A stretch of 31,108 bases of DNA. It comes from a virus. Taxonomy: Duplodnaviria > Caudoviricetes. The stretch spans positions 1 to 31,108 of the IMG/VR virus record IMGVR_UViG_3300034357_000180; one strand, written 5' to 3'. Shown here piece after piece: positions 1-8,183 of this stretch; within the stretch, counting starts at the first letter, position 1, and the number at the start of each line of letters is the position of its first letter. The notes below the pieces were generated by a model. The model ran no database searches. It was not told the DNA's origin and was given only the letters and a program-made list of their open reading frames with translations. The translations under genes and the position numbers were made by a program.

Positions 1-115
1 TGGTAGCTGGGGTTTCCGGCGTCCGATTCGGTTGTGGTTCTCAGAGTGCGTGGCGGTTCGCCTCGAGGATCCATTCAACACCCAGGGGAGGGAGGTGTCG
101 TCGTCGAATCGGGGA

Positions 116-337
116 TCAAGATGGCTCGTCGCTTGGCCCCATCGCCCATGCTTCAGCCTCTGCGACAAGGTCGGCGGGTGTGAGTCCGACAGCGTTCGCA
201 GCGTCTTCAACGGTGAGCGTTTCGGTGACTGCGAGGAGTGTGGCTAGTGCGCCTGTCGGGTCAAGCGGTGTTTGCGGCGGGTCGGGTGTTTCCCACTCGT
301 GGGTCACGCCTTGCGAGTCGGTGTAGTGGTGAATCAT
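116..337 (-). CDS. Small protein downstream of fibre gene (possible fibre chaperone/accessory), allele A
   Basis: TGATG-coupled to the fibre stop codon; homolog at 29935-30144 with many synonymous differences. Confidence 0.7.
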   Translation of the reverse strand: MIHHYTDSQGVTHEWETPDPPQTPLDPTGALATLLAVTETLTVEDAANAVGLTPADLVAEAEAWAMGPSDEPS

Positions 338-1301
338 CAGGTAGCCGCCTTATATCGGAGGTGGATCGGGTTTAACGAACCAGAGTTGCCTGTTCCCCTT
401 TCAGCCCAAGGCAAGGGGCTGGCAGAAAACGCTGCCGCTGTTCGGACGACTTGCGGAGCCGTGATAAACGGGGTGGCCCCGATTGTTTCAATAAGTGACG
501 AGACGCCACCGCGAATAGTTCGGTAGGTGGTCTGAACGGAACTATTTAGACCGATCACATAGTTGCCAGCGGGCAAGGTCACGGGTGTGAACTGGAGGCG
601 ATACAGCCCAACGCCAGCGGTTGATGCGGCGACGGCAGCACTAGCCGTAGCGACGGGAGAACCGACAGGCTGTAAATCATTGTCGGCGTTGTAAACGGCG
701 AGATAGGTCGTGGAGGCCGATGCTGGCCCCGTCGTAACTTCAAAGCCAAACATGTCAACAATGAGCGACTGCGTGATGCGAAACGGGAAGTAAAAGTCCC
801 GATTCGGATTTAAAGACTGAGAGACGACCGATGACCCTTGCATTTCAGGCACCCCATACGAATATCGGGTCGTATTGATGGTGACGGTCGCGGCGTTAAT
901 TGAGGATTCGGTGAACGCCAACGCGTCGGCGGTTTGCGTGGAGAAGTCAGCGTCGAAGACTGCCGATGTTGTGTTGTCGGCGGTGTCATATGCGGACTGA
1001 ACGATGGCGCGATAGACGGTGCCGTCCAAAACGTTATTGCTGCCAAGTGAAACAGAACCAATTTCCAGAGCGGAGGTGCTATCGAAAATACTTGTCGTGC
1101 CAGCAGTCGTAACTGTTGTGCCTAGTTGAGTCCAAGACACTCCGTCATCAGATGTGTAGAACTTGTTCACACGTTGGGACGAACCATTGTTTACTTGCAA
1201 TGTGGCGCGGACCCATTTTGTTGCGCCATCAGCGACACCAGTGGCGACGGTTGAGTCTGTGCCTAACTCCGTTGATCCATCGGCGCTAGTAGTGAGTTTC
1301 A
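144..1301. repeat. Terminal direct repeat, left copy (matches 29951-31108)
   Basis: Ungapped alignment at offset 29,807. By manual comparison, 24 substitutions within 144-543 and none within 544-1301. Positions 1-143 do not match 29808-29950. Confidence 0.95.
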
Positions 1302-2544
1302 ATGTTCCCGTAGTGTTGACGGAAAGAAAATAAGATTTTTGAGAAGCAGTAGCGCGTTTTCCTACAATTATTTGAGCCGCTGCGGGAGTCCAATCAGTCA
1401 TCGACAACTTTACTTTTATATCAATGTCGCCTGTGATCGACAGCGCTGCCGTGTCGGGGGTGCTGGCATAGTTGGCGGTGAGTCCGCTGAGAACCAAGCC
1501 GCTGCCCGACAGATACGCTCCACCAGTCAGTAGCAGACGTGCCGCCGAACCAATCGAAGCCCATTCGGTAGCGTAATTAGTAGCCGAGGTTTTGACTAAC
1601 GCTTGCCCGATTGTGCCGCCGGTAGCGACACCTTCGCCCGTGTCACCCTGCGCACCTTGCGGACCGGTGGCACCCTGCGCACCTTGTGCGCCTTGGAATC
1701 CTTGCGCACCCTGCGCACCTTGTGCGCCTTGTGGGCCGGTAGAACCCTGCGGACCTTGCGCGCCGGTGTCACCTTGTGGGCCTACTGCACCCTGTGAGCC
1801 TTGGAATCCCTGCGGACCCTGCGCGCCGGTTGGGCCTTGTGGGCCTTGTGAACCTACTGCACCTTGTGAGCCTTGTGAGCCTTGCGGGCCAGTCGGGCCA
1901 GTCGGCCCGACCTGCGTATAAGTCACCTGCGTAGCCGTCAAAATAATAGAAGGAACCGCCGGACTAACCGGAGACGTACCAGCCGGTAACGACTCTACTT
2001 GCAAGTCAGTAGACGTACCCGACCACCATACCGCGACCTCATCAGCCGCGACGGCCTCGACAACATAGTTAATAGTTAAAACCTGTCGATTCGGATTACC
2101 GGCCGACTTACGCGCTTGTAAATCTATTTCCGTAGCCGAATCCGGGTAATCGATTCCGTTCAGCTTTAACCAGAAAATAGCTTTTGAAACCGAATTAGCG
2201 TAGTTAGTTATCTGAATCGAGAACGTAATCGAATAAACGCCCGGATACGCGAAACGGATTTTATTGCCGTCGACAATAGAAACGCCGTTACCGTCCGCAG
2301 TCGCACCGATAGAAACAATTTGCGCCGCACTAGTCGAGTTAAGCGGCTGGTCGGTGAGGTCATAGAACGAACCCCAATAGCCGATAGTGCCACCCGCGCC
2401 GGTCGGACCGGTTGCGCCTTGCGGCCCCATAGGACCGGCAGCACCCGCCGCAACGATTGTCGGACCCGCAGAGCGCACAAGCACCGCGCCCGCGTCATAC
2501 CGAACGACTAAATCAGTAACCCGAACAACCGTTTCGCTACTCAT
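337..2544 (-). CDS. Collagen-like fibre / receptor-binding virion protein
   Basis: Short Gly-X-Y run, then a C1q/BclA-like beta domain ([18 protein letters not shown]), 31 Gly-X-Y triplets, then a LamG/ConA-like region ([12 protein letters not shown]...IVGK...[13 protein letters not shown]) and a C-terminal beta domain. Confidence 0.8.
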   Translation of the reverse strand: MSSETVVRVTDLVVRYDAGAVLVRSAGPTIVAAGAAGPMGPQGATGPTGAGGTIGYWGSFYDLTDQPLNSTSAAQIVSIGATADGNGVSIVDGNKIRFAYPGVYSITFSIQITNYANSVSKAIFWLKLNGIDYPDSATEIDLQARKSAGNPNRQVLTINYVVEAVAADEVAVWWSGTSTDLQVESLPAGTSPVSPAVPSIILTATQVTYTQVGPTGPTGPQGSQGSQGAVGSQGPQGPTGAQGPQGFQGSQGAVGPQGDTGAQGPQGSTGPQGAQGAQGAQGFQGAQGAQGATGPQGAQGDTGEGVATGGTIGQALVKTSATNYATEWASIGSAARLLLTGGAYLSGSGLVLSGLTANYASTPDTAALSITGDIDIKVKLSMTDWTPAAAQIIVGKRATASQKSYFLSVNTTGTLKLTTSADGSTELGTDSTVATGVADGATKWVRATLQVNNGSSQRVNKFYTSDDGVSWTQLGTTVTTAGTTSIFDSTSALEIGSVSLGSNNVLDGTVYRAIVQSAYDTADNTTSAVFDADFSTQTADALAFTESSINAATVTINTTRYSYGVPEMQGSSVVSQSLNPNRDFYFPFRITQSLIVDMFGFEVTTGPASASTTYLAVYNADNDLQPVGSPVATASAAVAASTAGVGLYRLQFTPVTLPAGNYVIGLNSSVQTTYRTIRGGVSSLIETIGATPFITAPQVVRTAAAFSASPLPWAERGTGNSGSLNPIHLRYKAAT
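1630..1908 (-). repeat. Collagen Gly-X-Y coding repeat (31 triplets)
   Basis: [12 protein letters not shown]...GAQGDTGEG; 9-bp periodic DNA. Confidence 0.95.
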
Positions 2545-2885
2545 CGCGTAACGTCGTAGTCGATACGAACCGGTCCCGCAAGGATCGTAGTTTTAACGGT
2601 GCCGCCGCCGCTGGTTTCCTGTAAATCCCATACGCCGGTACCGATACTGAGCGCGGCGGTAGTCGCCGCCGAAAGAGTGCAAGCGAACTGCCCGGCAGCT
2701 GCGTTAGTAATCGCACACGTAAACGTAGCAATAGTGCTAGCGGCATCGGCAGTAGCTCGAATCTGCGCAGCATATGTACGCCCGGTGATATCTATAGGCG
2801 TGCCATTAGATTCTTGCAACGTAACCGTAACCGTTTCCGTATCGCCAATACGGACCGAAATCGGATAGTAAGCCGGGGTAGCCAT
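2541..2885 (-). CDS. Ig-like/BppU-N-like virion protein, probable fibre adaptor
   Basis: GDT...PIDITG...AQIR...GVWDLQ...G pattern typical of small beta-sandwich proteins preceding collagen fibres; ATGA-coupled to the fibre gene. Confidence 0.6.
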   Translation of the reverse strand: MATPAYYPISVRIGDTETVTVTLQESNGTPIDITGRTYAAQIRATADAASTIATFTCAITNAAAGQFACTLSAATTAALSIGTGVWDLQETSGGGTVKTTILAGPVRIDYDVTR

Positions 2886-3112
2886 TACTTACCCGACAGA
2901 AGCGAAGCGGAACCTTTAACGCCAAGCGGCGCGGAGATAACCGACGTAAGAACAGACAGAACCGCAGCACCCGCCGCGATACCCGCGACGTTTTGCCAGT
3001 CAGCAGAGAACAGGTTAAAGCCTTGCGACGCGCCTAAAGCGAGTACGATCGCCTGCGCTGCGGATTTAAGCGCGCGTTCGGTAGCGTCGCGTAGCCATTG
3101 AATATTGAACAT
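2885..3112 (-). CDS. Holin, r1t-like
   Basis: WLRDATERALKSAAQA...DWQNVAGIAAGAAVLSVLTSV matches the r1t holin pattern; two hydrophobic segments. Confidence 0.8.
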   Translation of the reverse strand: MFNIQWLRDATERALKSAAQAIVLALGASQGFNLFSADWQNVAGIAAGAAVLSVLTSVISAPLGVKGSASLLSGK

Positions 3113-3231
3113 TAGTTTTCTCCGGGTTTAGTTAAGGGTACTGCGGGTTCGTCTTCGTATTCGTAGTCGTCGTCGTCGTCTAGGTCGTCGTCTAAATCCC
3201 ATTCAGGATGAGGAAACGTTATTACTGCCAC
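3112..3231 (-). CDS. 39-aa highly acidic peptide (not in ORF track)
   Basis: GTG start; MAVITFPHPEWDLDDDLDDDDDYEYEDEPAVPLTKPGEN; stop overlaps the holin start (TAATG); fills an otherwise empty gap. Confidence 0.5.
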   Translation of the reverse strand: MAVITFPHPEWDLDDDLDDDDDYEYEDEPAVPLTKPGEN

Positions 3232-3469
3232 GGTCTAATCTCCATCGGTAAGCGTTTGTTACGTGTACGGCAAGCCATAGAAGCGACAACGCTACGAAAC
3301 CGTAACGCGGTCCGGTCGTAAGCGAATAGGTAAGCCACGGTAGCGACATACAAGCCGCGACGATTAGCCACCCGTACCAGCGTTTAAGTTTCCCGACCAG
3401 CTGCGACATAGCGAATAAGCCGACCAGCTCGAAAGCGAACAGTAGCCACGGCCACGTATCTTCGGTCAT
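3203..3469 (-). CDS. Small 3-TM membrane protein, PnuC-like
   Basis: Likely start MTEDTWPW (ATGA overlap at 3466-3469); three hydrophobic segments; WYGWLI...PWLTYSL...YGF...NAYRW pattern resembles phage PnuC-like half-transporters. Confidence 0.55.
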   Translation of the reverse strand: MTEDTWPWLLFAFELVGLFAMSQLVGKLKRWYGWLIVAACMSLPWLTYSLTTGPRYGFVALSLLWLAVHVTNAYRWRLDRGSNNVSSS

Positions 3470-3810
3470 TCGTCGTAATCGTCTTCGGGTTCGTCTTCGG
3501 GTTCGTAAATCATAATTCCCCATAGCACCTCGGCGTAACCGGCAAGGTCTACTACCGAGTCGCGCACTAGTTCGGCCGGGTGCGTTTGCTCAAGACCGTA
3601 GGCAATGCGCGACAACTTAACCGCCGCCATAAAAAGCGCGCCCTCTTCGGGAGTCATTTCAATATTTGTAATAGCGCGAAAGATATCTACCGTTCGCGTC
3701 CAATCTTCTACCGGGTGCGCGTAGGCAAATTGTCGGTCCCCATACACGAGCTTATGCGCGTCGGCGGTAATCGAGTCCCATTTAATCGTTTCGGGTTCCT
3801 GCGTACCCAT
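3466..3810 (-). CDS. DUF6378-like (all-alpha nucleotide hydrolase-like) protein
   Basis: GDRQxxY.HP.EDW...VKLSR...DSVVDLAGYA motifs. Confidence 0.7.
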   Translation of the reverse strand: MGTQEPETIKWDSITADAHKLVYGDRQFAYAHPVEDWTRTVDIFRAITNIEMTPEEGALFMAAVKLSRIAYGLEQTHPAELVRDSVVDLAGYAEVLWGIMIYEPEDEPEDDYDE

Positions 3811-3813
3811 TGC

Positions 3814-4917
3814 CTACCATCCCTCTTTTTTGCGGTCGGTCACCATGACCGGGGCCGAAAGTGTTATACCGCGCTCCGGGGTCACTAACCATAAAGCCTG
3901 CTGCGCTTGCTCCGGTCGGAAGTTAGAAACCGCTGCGTATTCGTCGTAGCCTTTAAGCGAACCGTTAACTATTAAACCCTGCTCCGGTGCGCTAATTAAC
4001 TGGTGCCAATGGCCCATGACCATAGTGTCGAAGGTTCTACCTTCGGCCGCGTAGCGTTGCGCCTTACGCGCAGACATTCGCATAATCGGAGACCATATAC
4101 CGCCGATACCGCCGCCGCCCGTAGTCTGGTCCCCATGCGTTAGAAGATGCGTTATACCGTAAACCGGTACCCAACAGTCCGTACCGTCTGTAATGTCAAA
4201 CGTTATAGAGTCGCTGCGTAACTGCCGGGCAAGCATATGCCCTAGTAGATAGTCGAGATTATCGCGGGCGCGTTGTTTCGTTCGCGGCTTGCGCGTTAAC
4301 CGACCGTGATTACCGACCACTACGGGTACGTGAAGTCGCCCGAATTCGTCTGCGATCATTTGTAAAGCCGCGGCTATCTGCTCTGACCAGTAGAGAAGCG
4401 AACCGAAAAGAGTATCTTCGTTTGTTTCTGCGAGATCGTGCAGCGTGCCGGTAAACATATCGCCGCCGAGCATCACTACCGCGCCGTCATAAGTGACGCC
4501 GGTAAGATAATGCCTAGCAAGTTTTATAACCCCTTCGGCCCAACGTTCGAGACGCTGCGTAGCTATGACCCGGTTATAGGCGTTCAGTCCGCCTACTTCG
4601 TCCGGGTTAACTACCTCGTCGAAATGGGTGTCGGAAAGAATGGCTACTAGTGTCGCGTGGTGTTTGCCGCGCGGTTTCTTAGGTGTCAACCATTTAGGCG
4701 GTCGCGTATCCGCTGCGGTTATTGCATCGTGAAAATCTAGGAAGCGTGTTAGTTCTTCGGTCTTTGCGTCGGACTGGTCTAGCTGTCGTCGTAGCGTCGA
4801 ATTTTCGCGTCGTAGTTTTGCGTTGCGTCGTGCGAGCGCGTCTACGTCTAAAGCTACTTCGTCTTCGTTTAGTTCGTCACGAAATGACACAACGTAACCG
4901 ATGCTTTCTAACGGCAT
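3814..4917 (-). CDS. Calcineurin-like metallophosphoesterase with N-terminal coiled coil
   Basis: SDTH, GGD, GNHGR, THGD and GHWH motifs in canonical order; the true start may be GTG at 4890. Confidence 0.85.
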   Translation of the reverse strand: MPLESIGYVVSFRDELNEDEVALDVDALARRNAKLRRENSTLRRQLDQSDAKTEELTRFLDFHDAITAADTRPPKWLTPKKPRGKHHATLVAILSDTHFDEVVNPDEVGGLNAYNRVIATQRLERWAEGVIKLARHYLTGVTYDGAVVMLGGDMFTGTLHDLAETNEDTLFGSLLYWSEQIAAALQMIADEFGRLHVPVVVGNHGRLTRKPRTKQRARDNLDYLLGHMLARQLRSDSITFDITDGTDCWVPVYGITHLLTHGDQTTGGGGIGGIWSPIMRMSARKAQRYAAEGRTFDTMVMGHWHQLISAPEQGLIVNGSLKGYDEYAAVSNFRPEQAQQALWLVTPERGITLSAPVMVTDRKKEGW

Positions 4918-5104
4918 TGCCGGAAATATCTAGGCCGCGATTATTTAACGCGCGCGCGATCGGTTCGGTAGGTACTGTTTTATCGGCCATGACCGTAACG
5001 ATTTCTGCGGCTTCGGTCGGGTCTAACTGTTCGAGTAGTTGGCACGTCCGGCAACGTTGCCCGGTTCCGCGGTTCTCTTTTTTTACTTCGTCTGCGAAAC
5101 TCAT
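4877..5104 (-). CDS. Small protein with CxxC and helix-turn-helix-like C-terminus
   Basis: Start MSFADEV after AAAGGGG RBS; CRTC...IARALNNRGLDISGNAVRKHR..C. Confidence 0.6.
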   Translation of the reverse strand: MSFADEVKKENRGTGQRCRTCQLLEQLDPTEAAEIVTVMADKTVPTEPIARALNNRGLDISGNAVRKHRLRCVIS

Positions 5105-5124
5105 ACCGTCCCCTTTAGGCGGGT

Positions 5125-5442
5125 TCACCATTTACGGCGGCCGCGATGGTGAATGTTTTCGTGCCTATGTAGCTCGTCGGTAACTGCGTCGAAACGTGCG
5201 TCTACTTTGTCGTCTATTTTGTTTACTGAAGTGTGAAGGTCTAACAGTCGGTCGCGTACGTCGGTTACCAGTTCGCGCCCTTCGGCGTGTTGCTGAGTGT
5301 TCTCACGACGCAACCTAACTAACTGCACAATAGCGCCAGTAGCGGCACCGATTAGAAGAGTAAGTACCGTCGCTATTCCGATCCATTCGGCTACGCCGAA
5401 ACCCGGACCGTCGCTTATGCTTGTCGAGGCTTGGGCGAGCAT
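5125..5442 (-). CDS. Single-TM coiled-coil protein, putative holin/lysis accessory
   Basis: One TM helix then a coiled coil; directly downstream of the endolysin. Confidence 0.55.
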   Translation of the reverse strand: MLAQASTSISDGPGFGVAEWIGIATVLTLLIGAATGAIVQLVRLRRENTQQHAEGRELVTDVRDRLLDLHTSVNKIDDKVDARFDAVTDELHRHENIHHRGRRKW

Positions 5443-5448
5443 AACAAA

Positions 5449-6213
5449 TTACTTTTTAGATTCGTTGATTGACGGCACAAGACCGAAGTTACCGAGGATG
5501 CCGGGGTCAACGTCGCCGATCATTGTGATGCCAGCCTGCATTGCTGAGGCGTAGGCGTCAGCGTCGAGATGCACGGCAAGGTTGCCCGGCTGAGTAATGC
5601 GGTAAACCGCACCGTCACGGGGATCACGAATAAGAGCGTCTTTCACGTCGTCCTCCTCAGGACTTGGGGTAGGTGTTTTAATTGCGTTTACTAGTTGCTG
5701 GTCGAAGGTCGCGCGGTCCGGGTGTCGGCTCCACGCGTCGGAACGGTCGGCCGGTTGAACGGTGCCGTGGCAGAACAGACCGGCGCGGTTAAGTGCGTCG
5801 GTTCCGACCCATTGCGCCGCGTCGTTTACGTCGATACCTAGCGACTGCCATAGTTCGCGGATAGCTAAACCGGCGCGCGTAATCATGGCTTGCGTATTCG
5901 GGTCGTTAGGCGAAAGGTCCGCAGAGCGACCCGCTAAACATATATGCCACGTACGCGAATTGTAACCGGCACTAGCAACGCTGAACGTCGTAAAATCCGG
6001 CGGCACAAGGTAAACGGTTTCGTCGCTATCGACGATTGCCGCATACGAACCGGGGTCGGAACGTCGCGCAATATACGCCGCTAACGCTTGTGCGCTACCC
6101 GGCCCGGTAGACCCTTCGGAAGTGTGAACGCCTATCGCCCAAGTCGGGCTTGCGTTGCGCGTCGTATAAAACTGACGCGACGCAGGCGGATTATCTAACA
6201 GATAGTAACCCAT
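5449..6213 (-). CDS. Endolysin, N-acetylmuramoyl-L-alanine amidase (Amidase_2-like)
   Basis: IGVHTSEG, SYAAIVD, HICLAG and CHG...D Zn-amidase-type motifs; Pro/acidic linker then C-terminal domain; follows the tail genes. Confidence 0.8.
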   Translation of the reverse strand: MGYYLLDNPPASRQFYTTRNASPTWAIGVHTSEGSTGPGSAQALAAYIARRSDPGSYAAIVDSDETVYLVPPDFTTFSVASAGYNSRTWHICLAGRSADLSPNDPNTQAMITRAGLAIRELWQSLGIDVNDAAQWVGTDALNRAGLFCHGTVQPADRSDAWSRHPDRATFDQQLVNAIKTPTPSPEEDDVKDALIRDPRDGAVYRITQPGNLAVHLDADAYASAMQAGITMIGDVDPGILGNFGLVPSINESKK

Positions 6214-6851
6214 TATGCAGGTGCGCCCGACGGGCCGATATCTTCGATGATGTACGTTGCCGGTCGTGTCGCATCGCAGAAGAACTGGATCGTAGAACTA
6301 GTGCCGTTGACGCGTTCTTGAGTGACTCGACGAGTGAGGGCAGCGGTTGAGGCTGTGGTTTCGTAGTAAGAGAATGAAACGGTGTAGGCGTTGACTGTTC
6401 CGAAGGGCGAAAAGTCGGCTTCCATGAGATCGGTGCCGCCACTAGATCCGGTAACAATTGAAATTCGGCACATGTCGTTAATTGAATTAAAAAACACCAT
6501 TCCCGTAACCGTGTGCTTCAAGATCCGATTCGGGGGGATTGTGCCAGTCGTAATCGTCAGGCCGGTATTGGCTTTTGCTGAAGATGCCGTGGCAGGAGAC
6601 GTTATTTTAGATACGCCAACTTGGCCCCACGGCATAGACCACGACTTCGACCAGTTGGTACCGTTGTAAACCTCGAGACCGTTTAGCGCACTAGCTGCGG
6701 TAATCGCTGAAACCATACCGGCAGTCGGGACGGTAATCGCAGCAGAACGCGCGGCGTCTGACGCAAACGGGTTAACTACTGCGTCTGCTACTTGGTCTCC
6801 CCAACTTTCATCAATAGTTGTTCCTGCTGTAACGTACGGCGGTACTGCCAT
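6213..6851 (-). CDS. Minor tail protein / short tail fibre
   Basis: FASDAARSAAITVPTAGMV...LEVYNGTNW motif typical of phage fibre N-termini; beta-rich C-terminus; position. Confidence 0.7.
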   Translation of the reverse strand: MAVPPYVTAGTTIDESWGDQVADAVVNPFASDAARSAAITVPTAGMVSAITAASALNGLEVYNGTNWSKSWSMPWGQVGVSKITSPATASSAKANTGLTITTGTIPPNRILKHTVTGMVFFNSINDMCRISIVTGSSGGTDLMEADFSPFGTVNAYTVSFSYYETTASTAALTRRVTQERVNGTSSTIQFFCDATRPATYIIEDIGPSGAPA

Positions 6852-6878
6852 TTTTATTCTCCTAAAAAGTTAATACGG

Positions 6879-8183
6879 TTACCACGACCAGCCGGACAAA
6901 CCCCAAACCGCGGTATTCCATAGCGAGTCTTGCAATTTTTGGTAGACGGTAGCGGAAGTAAAATTTAGCGTAACCGTCCAGTCCGTCGGCGTTATGCGAA
7001 CTTGTCGGCCGCGAATAAATAGGTAGCGGTCAACGTTGAAACCCTGCGGCGTTAAATGAGAGAAGTAGACAAGCGAACGAAGCGTAGACCCCTGATCGCT
7101 AATTTTCGTCCAAACGTTATCTACCTGATCTTCGGTCGGTTGTCGCATAGGTTGAAACGTCAGAGACTCTACGCGACGTTCGGGAAACTGACCTAACGCG
7201 ATTGCTTTAGTAGCGAGAACTTTTACGTCGGCGTCTGTGGCGGTGTTGAGACCGCTTACCGAGTCTACGCGATCGCCGTATAGATCACGGCTAGTTTGCG
7301 ACGTTGCCGTTTGAACTGTCCCGCCGTCGCGCTCATAGTTCGCAATATTAATAACCGTAGTCGCATCATAAGCGGTACCGATTGAACCGGACTCGTAAAG
7401 AACATTATTCGCCGCGGTGTCAACATTAGAAAAAATCATTTGCGGAACGCGCGAACGCGTCTTCTCAAGTAAAGAATTCCTACCCTCGCACCGCACCACG
7501 CCCGCGCCGTCTACCCAAACTGCGCCACCCTCAGCGGCAGCGGCGGACTCTAGTAGTGAAACTCCCGACCCGGCAAGGTCGGTAGCTTGCTGCGTTGTTT
7601 CGCCAACATCCACGGCACGCGCTCTAGTCCAGTCGGCAGCGTCAAGGATACGGGTACACCTAGACCCGAAACTTTCGCTAGCGCCGACGGGAGTAATAGC
7701 TAACCCGGTCCACGCCGCAAGATCGGCGTAGTAATCAAGCGCGGTAACTGAGACGGTGCCGCCGGTCATTTCTAGCGACTCATCCCAAGAGTCGATTCGT
7801 CCGGCGAATTCCGGCCACGAAATACCTTTATAGGAAGCGGTAACGCGAATCTCGCGTAGCGGTGCGATCGTTGTCTGACCTAACAACCAGTACGGCGACG
7901 CGGAATTATCGGTAGAAAATTGTCCGTCTTTATTGTCAAGAGTCATAGAGAGTCGGCCGGTCTGATACTTGTCCATTTCGTAACTGAAACTTGCGGACAT
8001 ATCGAGACCTAAAACGTATTCGGTCACGTCTGTAAAAATCGGACCGTCGCCCCAAACATCCGTACCCCAAACGCCGACGCCCCAAATTCCGGTACCTGAC
8101 GAAGGCGATAACGGGTCCGAAGGATTAGCCGAAAACCCAACTTCAACCGTAAGCGTTACGCCGCCCCAACCGGTAACACTCAT
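6879..8183 (-). CDS. Minor tail (tail-tip/hub) protein
   Basis: Immediately follows the tape measure; TDVTEYV...GRLSMTLDNKDGQF...FAGRIDSW pattern; Trp-Gly repeats at both termini. Confidence 0.75.
   Translation of the reverse strand: MSVTGWGGVTLTVEVGFSANPSDPLSPSSGTGIWGVGVWGTDVWGDGPIFTDVTEYVLGLDMSASFSYEMDKYQTGRLSMTLDNKDGQFSTDNSASPYWLLGQTTIAPLREIRVTASYKGISWPEFAGRIDSWDESLEMTGGTVSVTALDYYADLAAWTGLAITPVGASESFGSRCTRILDAADWTRARAVDVGETTQQATDLAGSGVSLLESAAAAEGGAVWVDGAGVVRCEGRNSLLEKTRSRVPQMIFSNVDTAANNVLYESGSIGTAYDATTVINIANYERDGGTVQTATSQTSRDLYGDRVDSVSGLNTATDADVKVLATKAIALGQFPERRVESLTFQPMRQPTEDQVDNVWTKISDQGSTLRSLVYFSHLTPQGFNVDRYLFIRGRQVRITPTDWTVTLNFTSATVYQKLQDSLWNTAVWGLSGWSW

Noticed and set aside
144-543. 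Diversity-generating retroelement (TR/VR pair) explaining the divergent fibre-tip copies
   Set aside because: The substitutions are not adenine-specific on either strand, many are synonymous, they extend into the next gene, and no reverse transcriptase is present.
1592-1921. Plus-strand Pro/Cys-repeat ORF (PCAPCGP...) and overlapping 1603-1797 ORF
   Set aside because: Antisense shadows of the collagen Gly-X-Y repeat.
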